Below, piece by piece: positions 1 through 14,299 of a stretch of DNA of 64,000 bases (positions within the stretch are counted from its first letter, which is position 1; each line of letters opens with the position of its first letter). A program made the translations under genes and the position numbers. Source of the stretch: Octopus vulgaris (Eukaryota); assembly GCA_951406725.2 (NCBI GenBank), contig OX597815.1, forward strand, positions 179,986,001-180,050,000, given 5' to 3'. The notes under the pieces were generated by a model. That model did not search any database and was not told the origin of the DNA. It saw only the letters and a list, made by a program, of their open reading frames with translations.

Positions 1-489
1 GGTAGTCATGATGGGTATACTGGCCTTTGTATATTTTACCCCAGTGTAACTTTGATGGCATGCAATGCTCTCTCACTCAATAATAATAATAATAATCGTC
101 ATCATTTAATGTCTGCTTTCCATGCTGGCATGGGTTGGACGGTTTGAGGTCTCAGTACTTTGTCATTGCCTTTGTGAGGCCCAACATTCAAATGCAGCTT
201 TTTATGTGCCACTGGCATGGGTACCAGTCACCATGGCAATGGCATCAGCCACAACTAAGATTTTACTTGGCTTGACAGGTCTTCTCACAGCATATCGACT
301 AACGTTTGAAGGGTGCTTTTTACATGCCAGGTACACGACACTAGCATCAGACACGACTATGTCTGATGCCAAATATCTTGTACATTTAACGACTGGATGA
401 TAAAGACTCGTTGAAAACCACAGGAGACATAAAAAGCTTCATTCTGTCATGAAGAAAAGCAGAAAATGTTCAAGTGAATTCATGCATAA

Positions 490-1090
490 TACAGAATGTA
501 CCATCAAAGTTAATAAACTAAATATCGTGAAAGATCAAAACAATGAAGTCTGTTTATTGATTGACATGAGCAAACCTTGTGACTATAATATCTCGGCAAA
601 ACAATTTGATAATCACAGAAAATATAAAGATTTGCTAATCGAAATCAAAAAGATGTAGCATCTCAAGACAGTTACAATACCAGTGATTGTAGGAGCGCTT
701 GGAATTATCAAAAAAGGAACTGAAAATTATTTAAGAATGATCCCTGGTTTACCATCCATGCAGGAAGTGCAAAAGATTGTCTTAACTGGCAACTGGTCAC
801 ATGTATTGAGAAGAGCATTGCTGCTGGAAATTTTCTTTCCCTTTTTCGCCCCTTTATTTTATTTGTTTATTTTTTCTTTTTTTCTTTCTTTACTTTTTCT
901 CAGTCTTTCTTCCCCCTTTTTTTCAATCACATGACTTTGTAAATGAACAATCTGGTGTATTTATTTTGATGGCCTACCAATGTATACAGTGAGTTTCTTT
1001 GCTCTAGGTGTTGGGAAGACACTCGGCAAGAAATGGAAATAAAATTGAAAGGAAATGAAAATGATAATAATAATAATAATAATAATAATA
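490..1090 (+). mobile_element. 3' end of a decayed R4/Dong-like non-LTR retrotransposon (restriction-like endonuclease C-terminus, 3' UTR, (AAT)n tail)
   Basis: ORFs 449..658 and 683..934 share a frame, split by TAG at 656. Joined they read NKLNIVKDQNNEVCLLIDMSKPCD...KYKDLLIEIKKM*HLKTVTIPVIVGALGIIKKG...QEVQKIVLTG, matching the RLE signature (RPDI..LID..P..KY.DL..IPV.VGALG). Ends in a TAA microsatellite, the known target of Dong elements. Confidence 0.85.
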
Positions 1091-1129
<39 letters not shown>

Positions 1130-1782
1130 ACATTTAAATGTGTATGCATATAGATAAGAAAATGTCAAAAAATGGCATAATAACAAAAATTACACACTAT
1201 AAGTGCTCAGACCAGACCAAGTGTTTAAAATCCAACATTGAATAAAGGAATAGAGAATCCATGGAAATATCTAGAGGCAATGTAGAGCTCAAGCTAAAGT
1301 AAGTACTGCAAAACGGGACAAGCAGTTGAAAGGTATCAAATCATTTATAACATATTTATGCACAAGAGAGTAAGAAACATAAATTTAGCAGAAAACCAAG
1401 AAAATCCAAAGAAAAAGGTTATTGTGTTCCCTCACTACCAGGTATAAATTCAGTAATGCCATTGATGAAATTTGAGAAGTCCTTCACATTCGTTCAACCT
1501 AAATTAGTAAGAAGCCTGGAAATCACAAGTGAAAATATCTCAAGTAAAGGATTGCAAAGTGCAGGTTGTTCTTTACAGCTGTTTCTGGAGTGGGTGTACA
1601 TTAGAAACAGTTATGTGTGCAATGTGCCTACATATACATGAGGTAGATGTATTATGTAAGCAGGCTAACCCATCATCAAATGGGAAACAATTTAGTTAGT
1701 AAGACACTTTTAATATAAATAAAAAGAAATGTAAATAGAAGTGCTAGAATCCAGTAGAGAGAGATGTATTAATAAAATAGAA

Positions 1783-2120
1783 GTCCCACTGCGTGGCATC
1801 TTGGGCAAGTGTCTTCTACTATAGCTTCAGGCCGACCAAAGCCTTGTGAGTGGATTTGGTAGACGGAAACTGAAAGAAGCCCATCGTATATATGTATATA
1901 TATATATGTGTGTGTGTGTTTGTATGTCTGTGTTTTTCCCCCCAACATCGCTTGACAACCGATGCTGGTGTGTTTACATCCCCCTAACTTAGTGGTTCGG
2001 CAAAGGGACTGATAGAATAAGTACTAGGCTTACAAAGAATAAGTCCTGGAGGTCGATTTGCTCGACTAAAAGGTGGTGCTCCAGCATGGCCACAGTCAAA
2101 TGACTGAAACAAGTAGAAGA
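1783..2120 (+). mobile_element. SINE family 1, 5'-truncated copy
   Basis: Matches the full copies at 51621 and 53672 from gtcccactgcgtggcatcttgggcaag through ccagcatggccacagtcaaatgactgaaacaagta. Confidence 0.85.
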
Positions 2121-2640
2121 GAAGAGAGAAGAGAAGTAGATAGTTTGCAACAAATAAAAGATAAAGAGATAGGGATATAAATAAGGGGTGAAGGTAGTAG
2201 AAGTATATGGAAAAGAAGCAGAGGAGAAGAGTGAGAAGTGATGGAGAGAGTAAGGCTGATGGAAGATAGTAATAACCAAATATTGAAGAAATTGTGCTTT
2301 TTCCTTATTCGTTCTTTTAGTGGGGAATAGGGTCTGCCCTTTATAAACAAAATGAAGTTAAGAATGAATGCCATAAATTAAACAGTAATATTTGTTTTTT
2401 CATTCAGTGTAAACGAATGTGGAAGTGTCAATTAGCAGGAGGCTTTCTGGAAACTTTAAAGCAATACGTCTCAAAGACGTTGGTAGAATAGTGCAAAATT
2501 CTACTTTGAATTAGAGATGCTGTTAAATCTATGTCTTAATGGAAAGATAAATGTTAACTGATCATGGGAGATTAAAATTTAGGACCATACTTAAGATATT
2601 TTGGGTAATATATATTTAAAAGCTTTCTAATTACGTTCAG

Positions 2641-2725
2641 TATTTTCATTAAAATCAATCAAAGAAGACCCACTAATTATAATTACAATGCTAACTTTCA
2701 AAGCCAATGTAGTTTAAATGTTCTG
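2641..2725 (+). pseudogene. Candidate exon (IFIKINQRRPTNYNYNANFQSQCSLNVL)
   Basis: Acceptor ctttctaattacgttcag, open frame, donor CTG|gtgagt. Short, so it could be chance. Confidence 0.35.
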
Positions 2726-3119
2726 GTGAGTTTGCTAATTGTGAATTCAGACATTTTCCCATGTTCTCCGATATTAACACCATTTCCAATAAATGTCTGT
2801 GATGATTCATCTGACTAAAACTGATATAAGTCAGAGCTGATTTCAGATAATAAGGCACAAACATGGCTGTGTCGTAATAGATCTGTTTCCACAGCCACAC
2901 GGTTTCAGGTTGAGTCCCACTGCGTGACACCTTGGGCAAGTGTCTTCTGCTATGGTCTTGGGCAAACCAATACCTTGTGAGTGGATTTGATTGGTGGAAA
3001 CTGAAAGAAGCTTATTCTATGTATGTGTGTGTATATATATGTATATATACGTGTGTGTGTGTGTGTGTACATATATATATATATATTTACACACACACAC
3101 ACACACATATATATATATG

Positions 3120-3465
3120 AAGGCACATGGCTCAGTGGTTAGAGTGCCAAGCTCACAATTGTGAGGTAGTGAGTTCAATTCTCAGACCTGGCTGCGTGTT
3201 ATGTTCTTGAGCAAGACACTTTATTTCACATTGCTCCAGTTCACTCAGCTGTAGAAATGAGTTGTGATGTCACTCTGGTGCCAAGCTGTATCGGCTCCTT
3301 TGCCTTTCCCTTGGATAACATCGGTGGCATGGAGAAGGATGGCTAGTATGAATGGGCAACTGCTGGTCTTCCATAAAAACAATCTTGCCCTGACTTGTTC
3401 CTTGGAGGGTAACTTTCTAGGTGCAATCCCATGGTCATTCATGATTGAAAGGGGTCTTTATCTTT
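3120..3465 (+). mobile_element. SINE family 2 (tRNA-like head)
   Basis: A box tggctcagtgg, B box gagttcaattc, core gttcttgagcaagacactt; second copy at 48940..49285. Confidence 0.8.
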
Positions 3466-3474
3466 TTACATATC

Positions 3475-3506
<32 letters not shown>

Positions 3507-4282
3507 TGTATATATATATATATATGTATGTATGTGTGTGTGTGTGTGCGTATGTGTGTGTGTGTGTTACTAGCCCTCATACCTCAACATTGTGTAATTG
3601 TTGTGTCTTCACAACATGCAATTGCTGTCTATTTCCAATCTGCTGTGAAAACATGTCTGGTCATGGGGGTAAATATACCTCATTTGGAAACAAGTGATGG
3701 TTGGTGACAGGAAGAGCATTCAGCCATAGAAAATCCGCCTCAACAAATTCTGTCCAACCCATGCAAGCATGGAAAAGTGGATATTAAATGACAAGAATGA
3801 TGAAGGCATCTGTAGAGTTTATTCATCCACTGCAGATTTTTTTCTGTTGTTTCTTTACCTCCTTGCCAATGCTTACCAAGCAAACTTTATCGATCAAAGA
3901 CATTTCAGCTATGACCATTCCAGTAATTCTTACAGCTAGACAACATTGTCAAATATGACCATCTCTTTTGATATGATGGAGATTTGATGGCTTTTTTTAC
4001 TCTCAGGTCATGTGACAATAAACAGGATTCTTCGTTGGTTACCTGGTTGTTCCTTTTATGGAGACAGGTAAGTCAGTTGCATTTGCTTTACAGAAATAAA
4101 TGAAATCAACTCGTCAAGCTTCAATTCGTTTGTTTCAAAGTAGATTATGATTTCTGAAACGTAAGTTCATTTTAAGCACAAGAAAAATAACTTATACACA
4201 CTGAGAATAATATATATATGACAGCTTGAAGGCTGCCGAATGTTCATGCAGTAGCTGAGACCATTTGTGATTAAATTCTTAA

Positions 4283-4602
4283 TAGAAGAAGAAGGAGGAG
4301 GAGGAGAAGTAGTAGAGGACAAGAAGGAGGAGGAAAGAAGGAGGAGGGGAGAGAAGAAGTAGAGGAGGACAAGGAGGCGGAAAGAAGTAGTAGAGGAGGA
4401 AAGAAGGAGGAGGAGGAGGGGAGGAGGAGAAGTAGTAGAGGAGGACAAGAAGGAGAAGAAGTAGTAGAGGAGGACAAGGAGGAGGAGCAGTAGTAGAGGG
4501 GGAGGAGGAGGAGAAGGAGGAGGAAGGAAGAAGGAGGAGGAGGGGGAGGACAAGAAGAAGGAGGAGGAAAGAAGAAGAAGAAGAAGAAGACGACGACGAC
4601 GA
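4283..4602. repeat. Polypurine (GGA/GAA/GTA) low-complexity tract
   Basis: Direct reading; explains the Pro/Ser/Leu ORFs on the minus strand. Confidence 0.95.
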
Positions 4603-5489
4603 CAATGACCACTGCCACCACCACTACCACCATTTAATGTCTGTTTTCAAAGCTGGTATGAATTCAACAGTTTAACAGGAGCTGGCCAGCTAGGGAACTG
4701 TCCAGATTCCAATTGTCTGTTGTGGTATACTTTCTACGGTTGGATGCCCTTCCTAACACCAACCACTTTACAGAGTGCGTTGGGTGCTGGAAATACTCAA
4801 CAGCCTGAAGGGATTTTGGTAAAATAATCAGCTCTTTTATGGTTAAACTAGTATTAGAAGATAACATGATAAAATGTTGTGGTTTTTTTTTTAATTAAAG
4901 ATTCTAATTTCAACACGAACACTTTAAAACAATTTTGCATCGTAAAACTGGAAATTCTCTCAGAAGAGTTGATGTGAAAAACATTAAAGAACGTTACTTG
5001 TGTTTCTGATGATACAGGAGTTGAACAAAGCAGTAAATAAAAGAAAATATGAATTGAATTTTTAATTCTTTCATTTGTAGCTTTCTGATTTAACAAAATC
5101 TCATAATAAATGCACATCTAATTACAAATGAAAAACAATTCTCGTGCAAATTATGTACTTTCTACTTTGTGTACAAAGCTAGTCACAATATTTACATAAT
5201 CTAAATGACTTAGAATATTTAAACAATATTCTGTTATTAAAATATTTATTTCTCTTATGCTAACTTATGGCAATCACCAAAGAGCACTGAGATTGTTGCT
5301 TGAGAAACAATCAGTCTATATAACATTGAAGAGAATTGATTAAACAGGTTTGAAGCTATCTCACTGTACATATCACAAATGCTCTAAAGAAAGGCATTGG
5401 CATTTCACAAATTCATTTATGGGTAAATTGTAACCATTTTATATCTTCAATTTCGTGTATGCACATTGCTTGCTTTTGATTTTGTCAAC

Positions 5490-6221
5490 TACACAGTATA
5501 GTAGGGTCAGTTGGGCACAGTCTATGAGAAAAAACAACACCATGATGCAATTCACACTGCCAGAAATTTGGAAATGACATGCTGTACTGCTTAGCATTCA
5601 CACCAGAAGCTCTCTAATACGAACATTTCAGAGTGTTTGGGTGTCAATCTGAGGACATGTACCGAGAGTAATAAAAATCAAACATCCAATCAACATCATG
5701 GTGTTTGGACTGATCACTAGTGATGGCGAAGGTATGTCTTCATTCATTTTCCCACATGGCCTCAGACTCAATACGGAGGCTGACCTGTGTGAAGAGGGTA
5801 GCTGCTGGAAGACCCTATGTCCGGTAACAGGACTCTGCACCATACCAGGAGATCCCAGTCATGGCTGTCAGAAAATTTCTGCGACCACATCATGCCTAAC
5901 TCCCCAGACTGCAACTCCCTTAATTATTATGTGTGGGGCACAGTTGAGCGAGAGACCAACAAAACTCCTTCTAACACCAAAGATGAACTGAAGGCAAGGA
6001 TAATGGCAGCATTCACCAACTTAAACAAGGAAATCATCCAGAAGAGTTGCTGGCGATTCCAAAGTCATATGGAGGCTGTGGTTGAAGCCAATTGCGTTTT
6101 TTTGAATAAATTTATCTTTAGTTATTTCAAGATATTTTTATGTAATTTTGGTAAATATATCTGTTAAAATGAGATGTCGGTGTTATTTTAATTTCTGTGT
6201 AATTTATTCACCAGTTCTGTA
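5490..6221 (+). mobile_element. Internally deleted Tc1/mariner-superfamily transposon (maT/DD37D-like) with decayed transposase
   Basis: Frameshifted pieces IMVFGLITSDG..FIFPHGLRLNTEA, QDSAP (5828) and SQSWLSENFCDHIMPNSPDCNSLNYYVWGTVERETNK...RFQSHMEAVVEAN carry the SPD.NP.DY.VW motif; ends in ctg+ta. Confidence 0.85.
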
Positions 6222-6920
6222 TATTTCACAGCTCTCCAAGCATCTCATTACAATATACAGATCTTGGTCTGATGCTCAGGGTGTCGTTTCTCAAGATGTT
6301 ATACAATTCTGAGAGTGCAGATTTTTGCCAGCATTATTTGTCTTTTGAGGCATCTTGCATCTTCAGTATTATTTATCCTTTTTATTTTTTACGATCTCCT
6401 TGTGAACTGTAGATATATCTCTCTTCAAAATAACATCCACTCATAGACACATACACACTTCTAGTGAAGATTGCTCAAATTTGATGAACTTATGAGGACC
6501 GAAGCTTTTGGCAAATAGATCTTGATAAAAAGAAAAACGTAAGAACTTTTAGTTTCCTGATTAAATAACCTATAATTAAATCATTATCAACAAGTTTTGA
6601 CTGAAAAATATAAATATTAAATATATGGATAAACGGAAATGCTTTGAATATTATCTAGACAAAGAAGTTCTCAGGAGAAGTCTAAATTTCTGATATAAAG
6701 ATTAAAGCTATTAAATTATAAGTTTTCTGTTATCCTTTTACAGACACAGTTTTGGAATCTGTCTATCATTATCCTTTTCTGGTTTCTTTTCGTATAATTT
6801 TCCTCTTTATCTTTTTTTATAACTGCTATCAACACATCACAATTTATGGAATACATTTAATATATAATTTCTATATTATTTCTTTATCCCACTTATATGT
6901 TGTCAGTTTTATCTCCATAG

Positions 6921-7210
6921 TTCAATGGAAAACCATTCTGAATAATAATGGAAACAATTGGCAAATCTTTCGCAATCTTAATCTTAGTTTTCCTTCGCAT
7001 TTCAGAGTCTTTAAGAAAGTTTCCTTTCTTTGGTACTAGCAAAACATTGGCTTCCTGCCACTTTCTTACAAACATCAATTACCTAGGAATTCAGATGAGA
7101 GATTTTCCGTTTCTGACAAGTTATCTGATCATCTTCAAACAAAACTAACAACTCACAGCTGTTTCCGAAAACTTGTCAACCTATTTTCTAATACTTTGGC
7201 ATATTGAAAT
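6921..7210 (+). pseudogene. Candidate decayed exon (QWKTILNNNGNNWQIFRNLNLSFPSHFRVFKKVSFLWY*QNIGFLPLSYKHQLPRNSDERF...)
   Basis: Acceptor gttttatctccatag, about 95 codons with one internal stop (TAG 7037) before TGA 7205, then possible donor AAT|gtaact. Confidence 0.45.
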
Positions 7211-7625
7211 GTAACTAATGCTATTTAGAATTCTTTCTTTGTGTGTGTGTGTGAGTGAGTACATGTGTGTTTTTATGCATGATAAACAGATTATATTGTC
7301 AAATTCTTTGGACTGGTTAGAGTTTATTATATCATTTATAAGATATAATAGCACCGGTAACCATACAACTTGTAGAAACATGCAACAGCCACGCCTTTTT
7401 AATACTTCTTTGATGTAAACAAAATTTTCTGAACAGACTGTTTTTTTGGGGTGTTTTTTTTCTGGTGAATGATGTTTCAGTAAATGTAAGAGAAAACAAT
7501 AATTTGCATTTTTAACAATTATTCTACATGCAAGGGTCACTTAACTTTATGGTACAGAGTGGTCAGCCAGGATTAGAGAGGTTCAGGGTTCGAGTCTATG
7601 TAGTGGCTTGCTGACCACTTTTAAG

Positions 7626-8270
7626 CACATGTGTGGCTGTGTGGTAAGAAGCTTGCTCCCCAACCACATGGTTCTGGGTTCAGTTCCACAGCATGACACC
7701 TTCAGCAAGTGTCTTCCTCAATAGCCTCAGTCTGGCCAAAACCTTGAGTGGATTTGGTACATGGAAACTGAATGAAGCCTATCATATATTTGTGTGTGTG
7801 TGTGTGTTCCTCACCACTGCTAGACAACCGGTGTTGGTGTGTTTACATCCCTGTAAGTTAATGGTTTGGCAAAAGGGACTGATAGAATAAGTACCAAACT
7901 TTAAAAACCATCATCATCATCGTTTAACATCTGCTTTCCATGCTAGCATGGGTTGGACGATTTTGACTGAGGGCTGGCGAACCAGATGGCTGCACCAGGC
8001 TCCAATCTTGATCTGGCAGTGTCTACAGCTGGATGCCCTTCCTAACGCCAACCACTCCGAGAGTGTAGTGGGTGCTTTTTACATGCCATCGGCACAGGGG
8101 GCCAGTCAGGCGGTACTGGCAACGACCCCAATTGAATCTTTTTACACATGCCACCGGCACAGGTGCCTTTAAAAATATAATAATAAACAAGTACTGGGGT
8201 CAATTCTTTTGACTAAAATCTCTTCAAGGCAGCCCCAGCATGACCACAACCTAATGAGCGAAACAGAAGG
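7626..8270 (+). mobile_element. SINE family 1 interrupted by an opposite-strand RTE 3'-UTR fragment (7909..8168)
   Basis: SINE head and tail flank a (cat)n-gtttaacatctgctttccatgctagc...ggatgcccttcctaacgccaacc block; tttaaaaa occurs on both sides of the insert. Confidence 0.8.
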
Positions 8271-9334
8271 TGAAAAGAGGTGCAGTTTCATTTCATCTGA
8301 TCTAAGAAGAACAATATTATTACCGCCACTCATTTTACATGGCCTGTAATTAAACTAATTTACTCCAAAGCCAACTGTTTTACACTCACATGTAAATTGA
8401 CCCAAGATGGCAAAGACATATCCAGTTTAATTCTAAGATGACAATTTCTAAATCTTTACAAATAGGTCAGATTGTCAGCTGGCAAAGCAAGAAATAAATC
8501 CATTTAAGAAAATAGGATTACGGATATAATATTAAATTGCTTGGAAATGAAACATCAATCACAGTAATAATTTTGATAATGATGATTTAGAAAAACAAAA
8601 GAGAGAGAGAGAGCGAGAGAGAGGTAGGAAAAAAAAAACGGATTAGGAATACTTTTTCTTCCTATAAATGACAGGGAATGAAGAAATTTAAAATTGGATA
8701 TTTGACCACCAGACTGGTAAAGACACAAGAGTCTAGCTATGACATGACAAATTGGATTTTAATTAACTCTTCAGGAAAACCAATCAGAAAATTATTTATT
8801 TTTTTTTTTTGGTCTTCTTTGTCATTTGTTTTGTATTTTGTTATTGCTTAAAGAGAAGTTTTCATCTGTCAGCTTTCTCCCTTGCTTCTCCCTGCCAGCC
8901 ACGACTCTCCTTCCCTCAAGCCATGCCTTTACTGACATTTATTACACTCTTAGCATTACCATCACACCACTCATCACTCATGCTCTCTCTCTCCCCCCCT
9001 CGCCATTACCAGTTAACATTACCCTTCAATATGGCCAGCCACACTCGCTCCCCGCTCCATGCCACTCATTATCTATTTACGTCCATTGACCATTTTTACA
9101 ACTCTTACCACCTCATCTCTCTATTATCAACTCTCATCCATCTCTTACTGTCAACCATTTCTACAACAACAATTACCTACTTTCTCTCTCTCCCTCTTTC
9201 TCCCCCCCTCTCTCTCTCTATCTCTCCTACTAACCACTGCAATGTCTGCCTTTCTTTTTCTCTCATTATGATCAGCTATTATCCTTTCCCTACAATTACT
9301 ATCTGACATCTATCACTCTCCTATAGATCATTCT

Positions 9335-9567
9335 TATTTCTTTTACTGCCCACAAGGGGCTAAACACAGAGGGGACAAACAAGGATAGACAAACAGATTA
9401 AGTTGATTATATAGACCTCAGTGCGAAACTGGTACTTATTTAATCGACCCCGAAAAGATGAAAGGCAAAGTTGACCTCGGCGGAATTTGAACTCAGAACG
9501 TAACAACAGGCAAAATACTGTTAAGCATTTCGCCCGGCGTTCTAACGATTTTGCCAGCTCGCCGCCG
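9335..9567 (-). mobile_element. SINE family 3 (Nin/Deu-like core)
   Basis: Minus strand has ggcggcgagctggcaaaatcgttagaacg...gccgaggtcaactttgcctttcatcttttcggggtcgattaaataagtacc; ctctcctatagatcattct / cccctatagatcattct flank it as a likely TSD. Copies at 11430..11665 (-) and 31220..31615 (+). Confidence 0.8.
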
Positions 9568-10176
9568 TATCCCCTATAGATCATTCTATCACATTTCCCA
9601 CTCCTTCTAAACCATCAACACTAATCCCTCTCTTTCTGTCTTCATCACTTCATCACAGAATCAACCAGACTATCAGATGTTGTTATACATCGCTTGTCAC
9701 AAGAAGAATTTCTATTTCAAATGAACCACCGCCGCCGCTGCCACCACCACCACCACCACCACCACCACAACCACCGTTTAATGTCCGTTTTCCATGCTGG
9801 CATGGGTTGGACAGTTCAACTGGGGTCTGGGAAGCCAGGAGGCTGCACCAGGTCCCCTCAAAATCTAAGGCCTCATACCTACAGCAGAATGGAAGTGTTT
9901 CTACAGCTGGATGCCCTTCCTAATGCCAACCACTCTGAGAGTGTAGCGGATGCTTTTTATGTGCTACTGGCATGTGAACCAGTCAGTCAACCCCAGTAAT
10001 TATTGTTTTTAATCCTGGCACTTACATTTGTTCAACATGCCACACAGTGGGACTGAGCCTGGAACCATACGGTTGGGAAGCAAACTTCTTACCACGCAGC
10101 CACTCCTACACCTGCGGAAGGTCTGAACAGCTACCTTAGAAGAGTTGCATTAGTCTGAGCAAGTCAACAAATAGGA

Positions 10177-10239
10177 CGATGATGATGATGATGATGATGA
10201 TGATAATGATGATGATGATGATAATGATGATGATGATGT

Positions 10240-10291
<52 letters not shown>

Positions 10292-10301
10292 AATGATGAT
10301 G
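10177..10301. repeat. (GAT)n microsatellite
   Basis: Direct reading. Confidence 0.97.
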
Positions 10302-10586
10302 CATGGTGGTGAGGATGTTGGAAGTCAATTACTGGTATGTGCATTCTGGTTGGCTGTACTTATTATTGATAGACATCAAAGAGAGTGACCTGATTAAGTT
10401 TGAAGTAAGCCTCTTCAGAACTCTACGATGTCCGTTATGCTACTCTGAGATTATTCTAATGAAGTTTAAAATTAAAGCTATAATTTTATTCTCATAACTA
10501 CTGGCTCTGAATTGCTTACTAGCAAGTTTTAGTCTTGGTGCTAATCACCAAGTGAACCATTCTTGGAATATATGCATTATGCACTT

Positions 10587-10629
<43 letters not shown>

Positions 10630-11429
10630 ATTAGTGAGGCATTGTGTTATAAGGAGAGTTTCCAAATGATGAATATAAACTTCACTTGTAAGTAATTGGT
10701 GCGTGTATGTAAATACATGTTAACATTTTAATCTAATTATAGTGTGAAGGTGGTGAGACAGTCAAAGTATACTACAGAGATAAGAATTCTATCTAATTCC
10801 ATGTAAGACTGTTTATCTAGTCTTCATCTAAAAGAATGTTTGGGTAGTGACTACCAGGGAGAACATGGTTCTATAACAACTGAAACCCTTTTAGCTTTCG
10901 GCAAAAGAGTCAGATTAAGGACCAGGCTTAAAAAATTAAGTCTTAGGGTTGATTCATTTTGACTAAAATTTCTTCAAGGCAGTGCCCCAGCATGGCCACA
11001 GTCTAATGATTGAAACAAGTAAAAAGAAAAGACACACACGCACACACACACACATGATGAGCTTCCAATTGGTTTCTGTCGACCAAATTCACTTGAGAGA
11101 CATTGGCCGGCCTAGGGCTACAGTAGATGTTTACCCAAAGTTCCATGCAGTCAGATTGAACTTGGAACCATGTGGTTTCACATTCAGTCACACAGCCATG
11201 CATGCACCATCTTGAAGGGTTTTAGTCAAATAGAACAATACCAGTACTTATTTTTTTCTAAGCCTGGTACTAAGCCTGCACAGTTAAAAGTCATACATAC
11301 ATACAAACATACAACATATATAAATACATACATATATGTACACACACACACAAACACATGTGAATATTTATTCTGCTTAAAACCAGTGATGCCATTGGTG
11401 AGATGTGACCCAGAGATTCAATGAGCACA

Positions 11430-11665
11430 TATTTATTTCTTTATTGCCCACAGGGAGCTAAACATAGAAGGGACAAACAAGAACAGATAAACGGATAAAG
11501 TTGATTACATCAACCCCAGTGCACAACTGGTACTTACTTCACCTCCCCCGAAAGGATGAGAGGCAAAGTCGACCATGGCAGAATCTGAACTCAGAACGCA
11601 ACAGCAGATAAAACACTTCCAAGCATTTCGCCTGGAGTGCTAACGATTCTGCCAGCTCGCCACCT
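11430..11665 (-). mobile_element. SINE family 3 copy
   Basis: Colinear with 9335..9567. Confidence 0.8.
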
Positions 11666-12754
11666 TATGCATATTGAACCCAGAACCTTGTGGTTCAGAA
11701 GCAAGCTTCTTACCACACAGCGATGCTATTGTATGAATATATAGATCGGCACCATTTTCAGCACCGTATTTACTATAAACTAGTTTAGCTGGAAAGAAAG
11801 AAAACAACTGATCACCCATCTTTAGAACGGAACATCCCACACTGAATGGCACAGCTTCAATCCAAATATTTGATTTGTTTGTAAATCCCTCAAAACACAC
11901 AACTATGGCGAACAGTAACAGAGGGAGAGACAGAGGCAAAAACAAACGAACAAACATAAGAAAAGCTAAGCATAAATACTTCGTTGTTTCAAAAGTTCCA
12001 GACAATAATTTAATGACAGCTAAATAAAAGATTTGACATTTCTTCTACATATTAGTGTTGCTGTCTATTGTTCTTATACATTAATTCGTTCGGAATGAAT
12101 ATTGAGAAGAACAAAAACAAAAGAAGAAAAAAAAGAGAAAAAGAGAGAGAGAGAAAACTTAAATGAATCCCTAAACACCTTCTACAGAAGCTAAAGTATC
12201 TGAAGCCGCTATTGATTTGCCGTAACCTTTAGATTGTGGAAAATCATAAACAGAAGAAACAAAAGCATTTAATGTTGTGTCGATATCATGTATTTATAAA
12301 AATACAAGAGAAAAACAGAAAGTACAATGAAATCAATTCTCAGAATGATAGTTTTTATTCAAAGAATGGCCTCCAGTAACATCCTTTGTATTGAGTGTCA
12401 GGAAGCTGTAATCATACACATATGCATTAACACACAGCTATATATACATATATATATGAAATATATATGTATAAAATATATACATATATATATAAAATAT
12501 ATACATATATACATAAAATATATATGTGTATATACTTGGAAGGACAGATGCACACAGACACATATACACAGGTACATATAACATACATTCGCATATATAT
12601 ATAAGCATATGCCCTCACGCTCCATTGTTTCAAGTATAAGCACATATTGGTTTGTGTGCGTGTGTGTAAGTGTGAGTGTGTGTATAATTATTAGAAAAAT
12701 CAAACTGCTGGAGCCATAGAAAATGCTAACACATATGAGCATCTATGTGTGTGA

Positions 12755-12969
12755 GTACATACATACACACACACACACACATATATACATATACACACAC
12801 ACATATATATACATACATACACACACACACACACACATATACATACATACACACACACACACATACATATATATATATACATACACAAATATATATGCAC
12901 CTATATATATACATATATGCATCTATATATATACACACACACACACTCATACATGCACACATACATATA

Positions 12970-13022
<53 letters not shown>

Positions 13023-13100
13023 GTGTGTGTGTGTGTGTGTCCATAAATATACAAGGATATAGATATGCATACACACACACACAATTGTATATATGCAAAT
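12755..13100. repeat. Compound (CA)/(TA)/(TG) microsatellite
   Basis: Direct reading. Confidence 0.95.
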
Positions 13101-13657
13101 ATATAGCTTTTCATACCTTTCGCAAATGAAATAAATGGAAACATTATCAGTGCTGTAGCCTGCAATTCCGGGATGTTTGCGTCTTACAATATAACGCTGT
13201 CCTCCAGGCAACCCTGACGCCAAATGATCATGCCTCAACTTCTATCCAAGAAGCATTTCGCTGTCCCCCACCACTGGCTTTGAAACTCATGAAGTCTTTT
13301 ATCTTTTACTCATTTCAGTTATTAGACCGTGGCCATGCTGGGGCACCACCTTGAAAGGTTTAGTCAAACAAATTGATCCTAAGTTTTCTTAAGCCTGGTA
13401 CTTATTCCATCAGTCTCTTTTGCTGAACTGCTAAGTTACAGGAATGTGAACACACAAACACTGGTTGTCAAACACAAATACAAAAACGACACACACACAC
13501 ACACAGATATGTACATATACTTTTATTCCTTTAACTGTTTCAGTTATTTGACTGCGGTCATGCTGGAGCACCGCCTTTAGTCAAATGAATCAACCCTAGG
13601 AATTATTCTTTGCAAACCTGGTACTTATTCTATCGGTCTCATTTGGCAAACTGCTAA

Positions 13658-14019
13658 ATATACATATACATATATATATATATACATACATACATATACA
13701 TATATATATATATAATACATACATATACATATATATATATATACATACATATACATATATATATATACATACATACATATACATATATATATATATACAT
13801 ACATATACATATATATATATATACATACATATACATATATATATATATACATACATATACATATATATATATATATACATACATACATATATATATATAC
13901 ATATATATATATACATACATATACATATATATATATATACATACATATACATATATATATATATATATATATACATACATATACATATATATATATATAT
14001 ATATACATACATATACATA

Positions 14020-14053
<34 letters not shown>

Positions 14054-14162
14054 CATACATACATATACATATATATATATACATACATACATATACATAT
14101 ATATATATATACATACATACATATACATATATATATATATACATACATACATATATATATAT

Positions 14163-14215
<53 letters not shown>
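13658..14215. repeat. About 560-bp compound (TA)n/(TACA)n microsatellite
   Basis: Direct reading; source of the 200+ aa YI/CM ORFs. Confidence 0.97.
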
Positions 14216-14218
<3 letters not shown>

Positions 14219-14299
14219 GTACATATGTATACATTATATATGTGTATATCATTATCATCATCGTTATATATGTGTATGTGTTTGTGTATATATATATAT

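Noticed and set aside
2408-2604. Plus-strand exon CKRMWKCQLAGGFLETLKQYVSK...
   Set aside because: Good acceptor, but five stops in 66 codons is about the random rate; worth retesting only if an orthologue is found.
2698-2814. Minus-strand terminal exon SDESSQTFIGNGVNIGEHGKMSEFTISKLTRTFKLHWL*
   Set aside because: Short, weak acceptor, and overlaps a plus-strand candidate with better splice signals.
4007-4067. 61-nt exon with ctctcag and CAG|gtaagt
   Set aside because: Overlaps what looks like a decayed repeat tail (similar sequence near 30300 and 36200); too short to support.
6893-7078. RT-like WQEANVLLVPKKG in a minus-strand ORF
   Set aside because: No YRPI or other RT motifs follow; the opposite strand has the longer frame.
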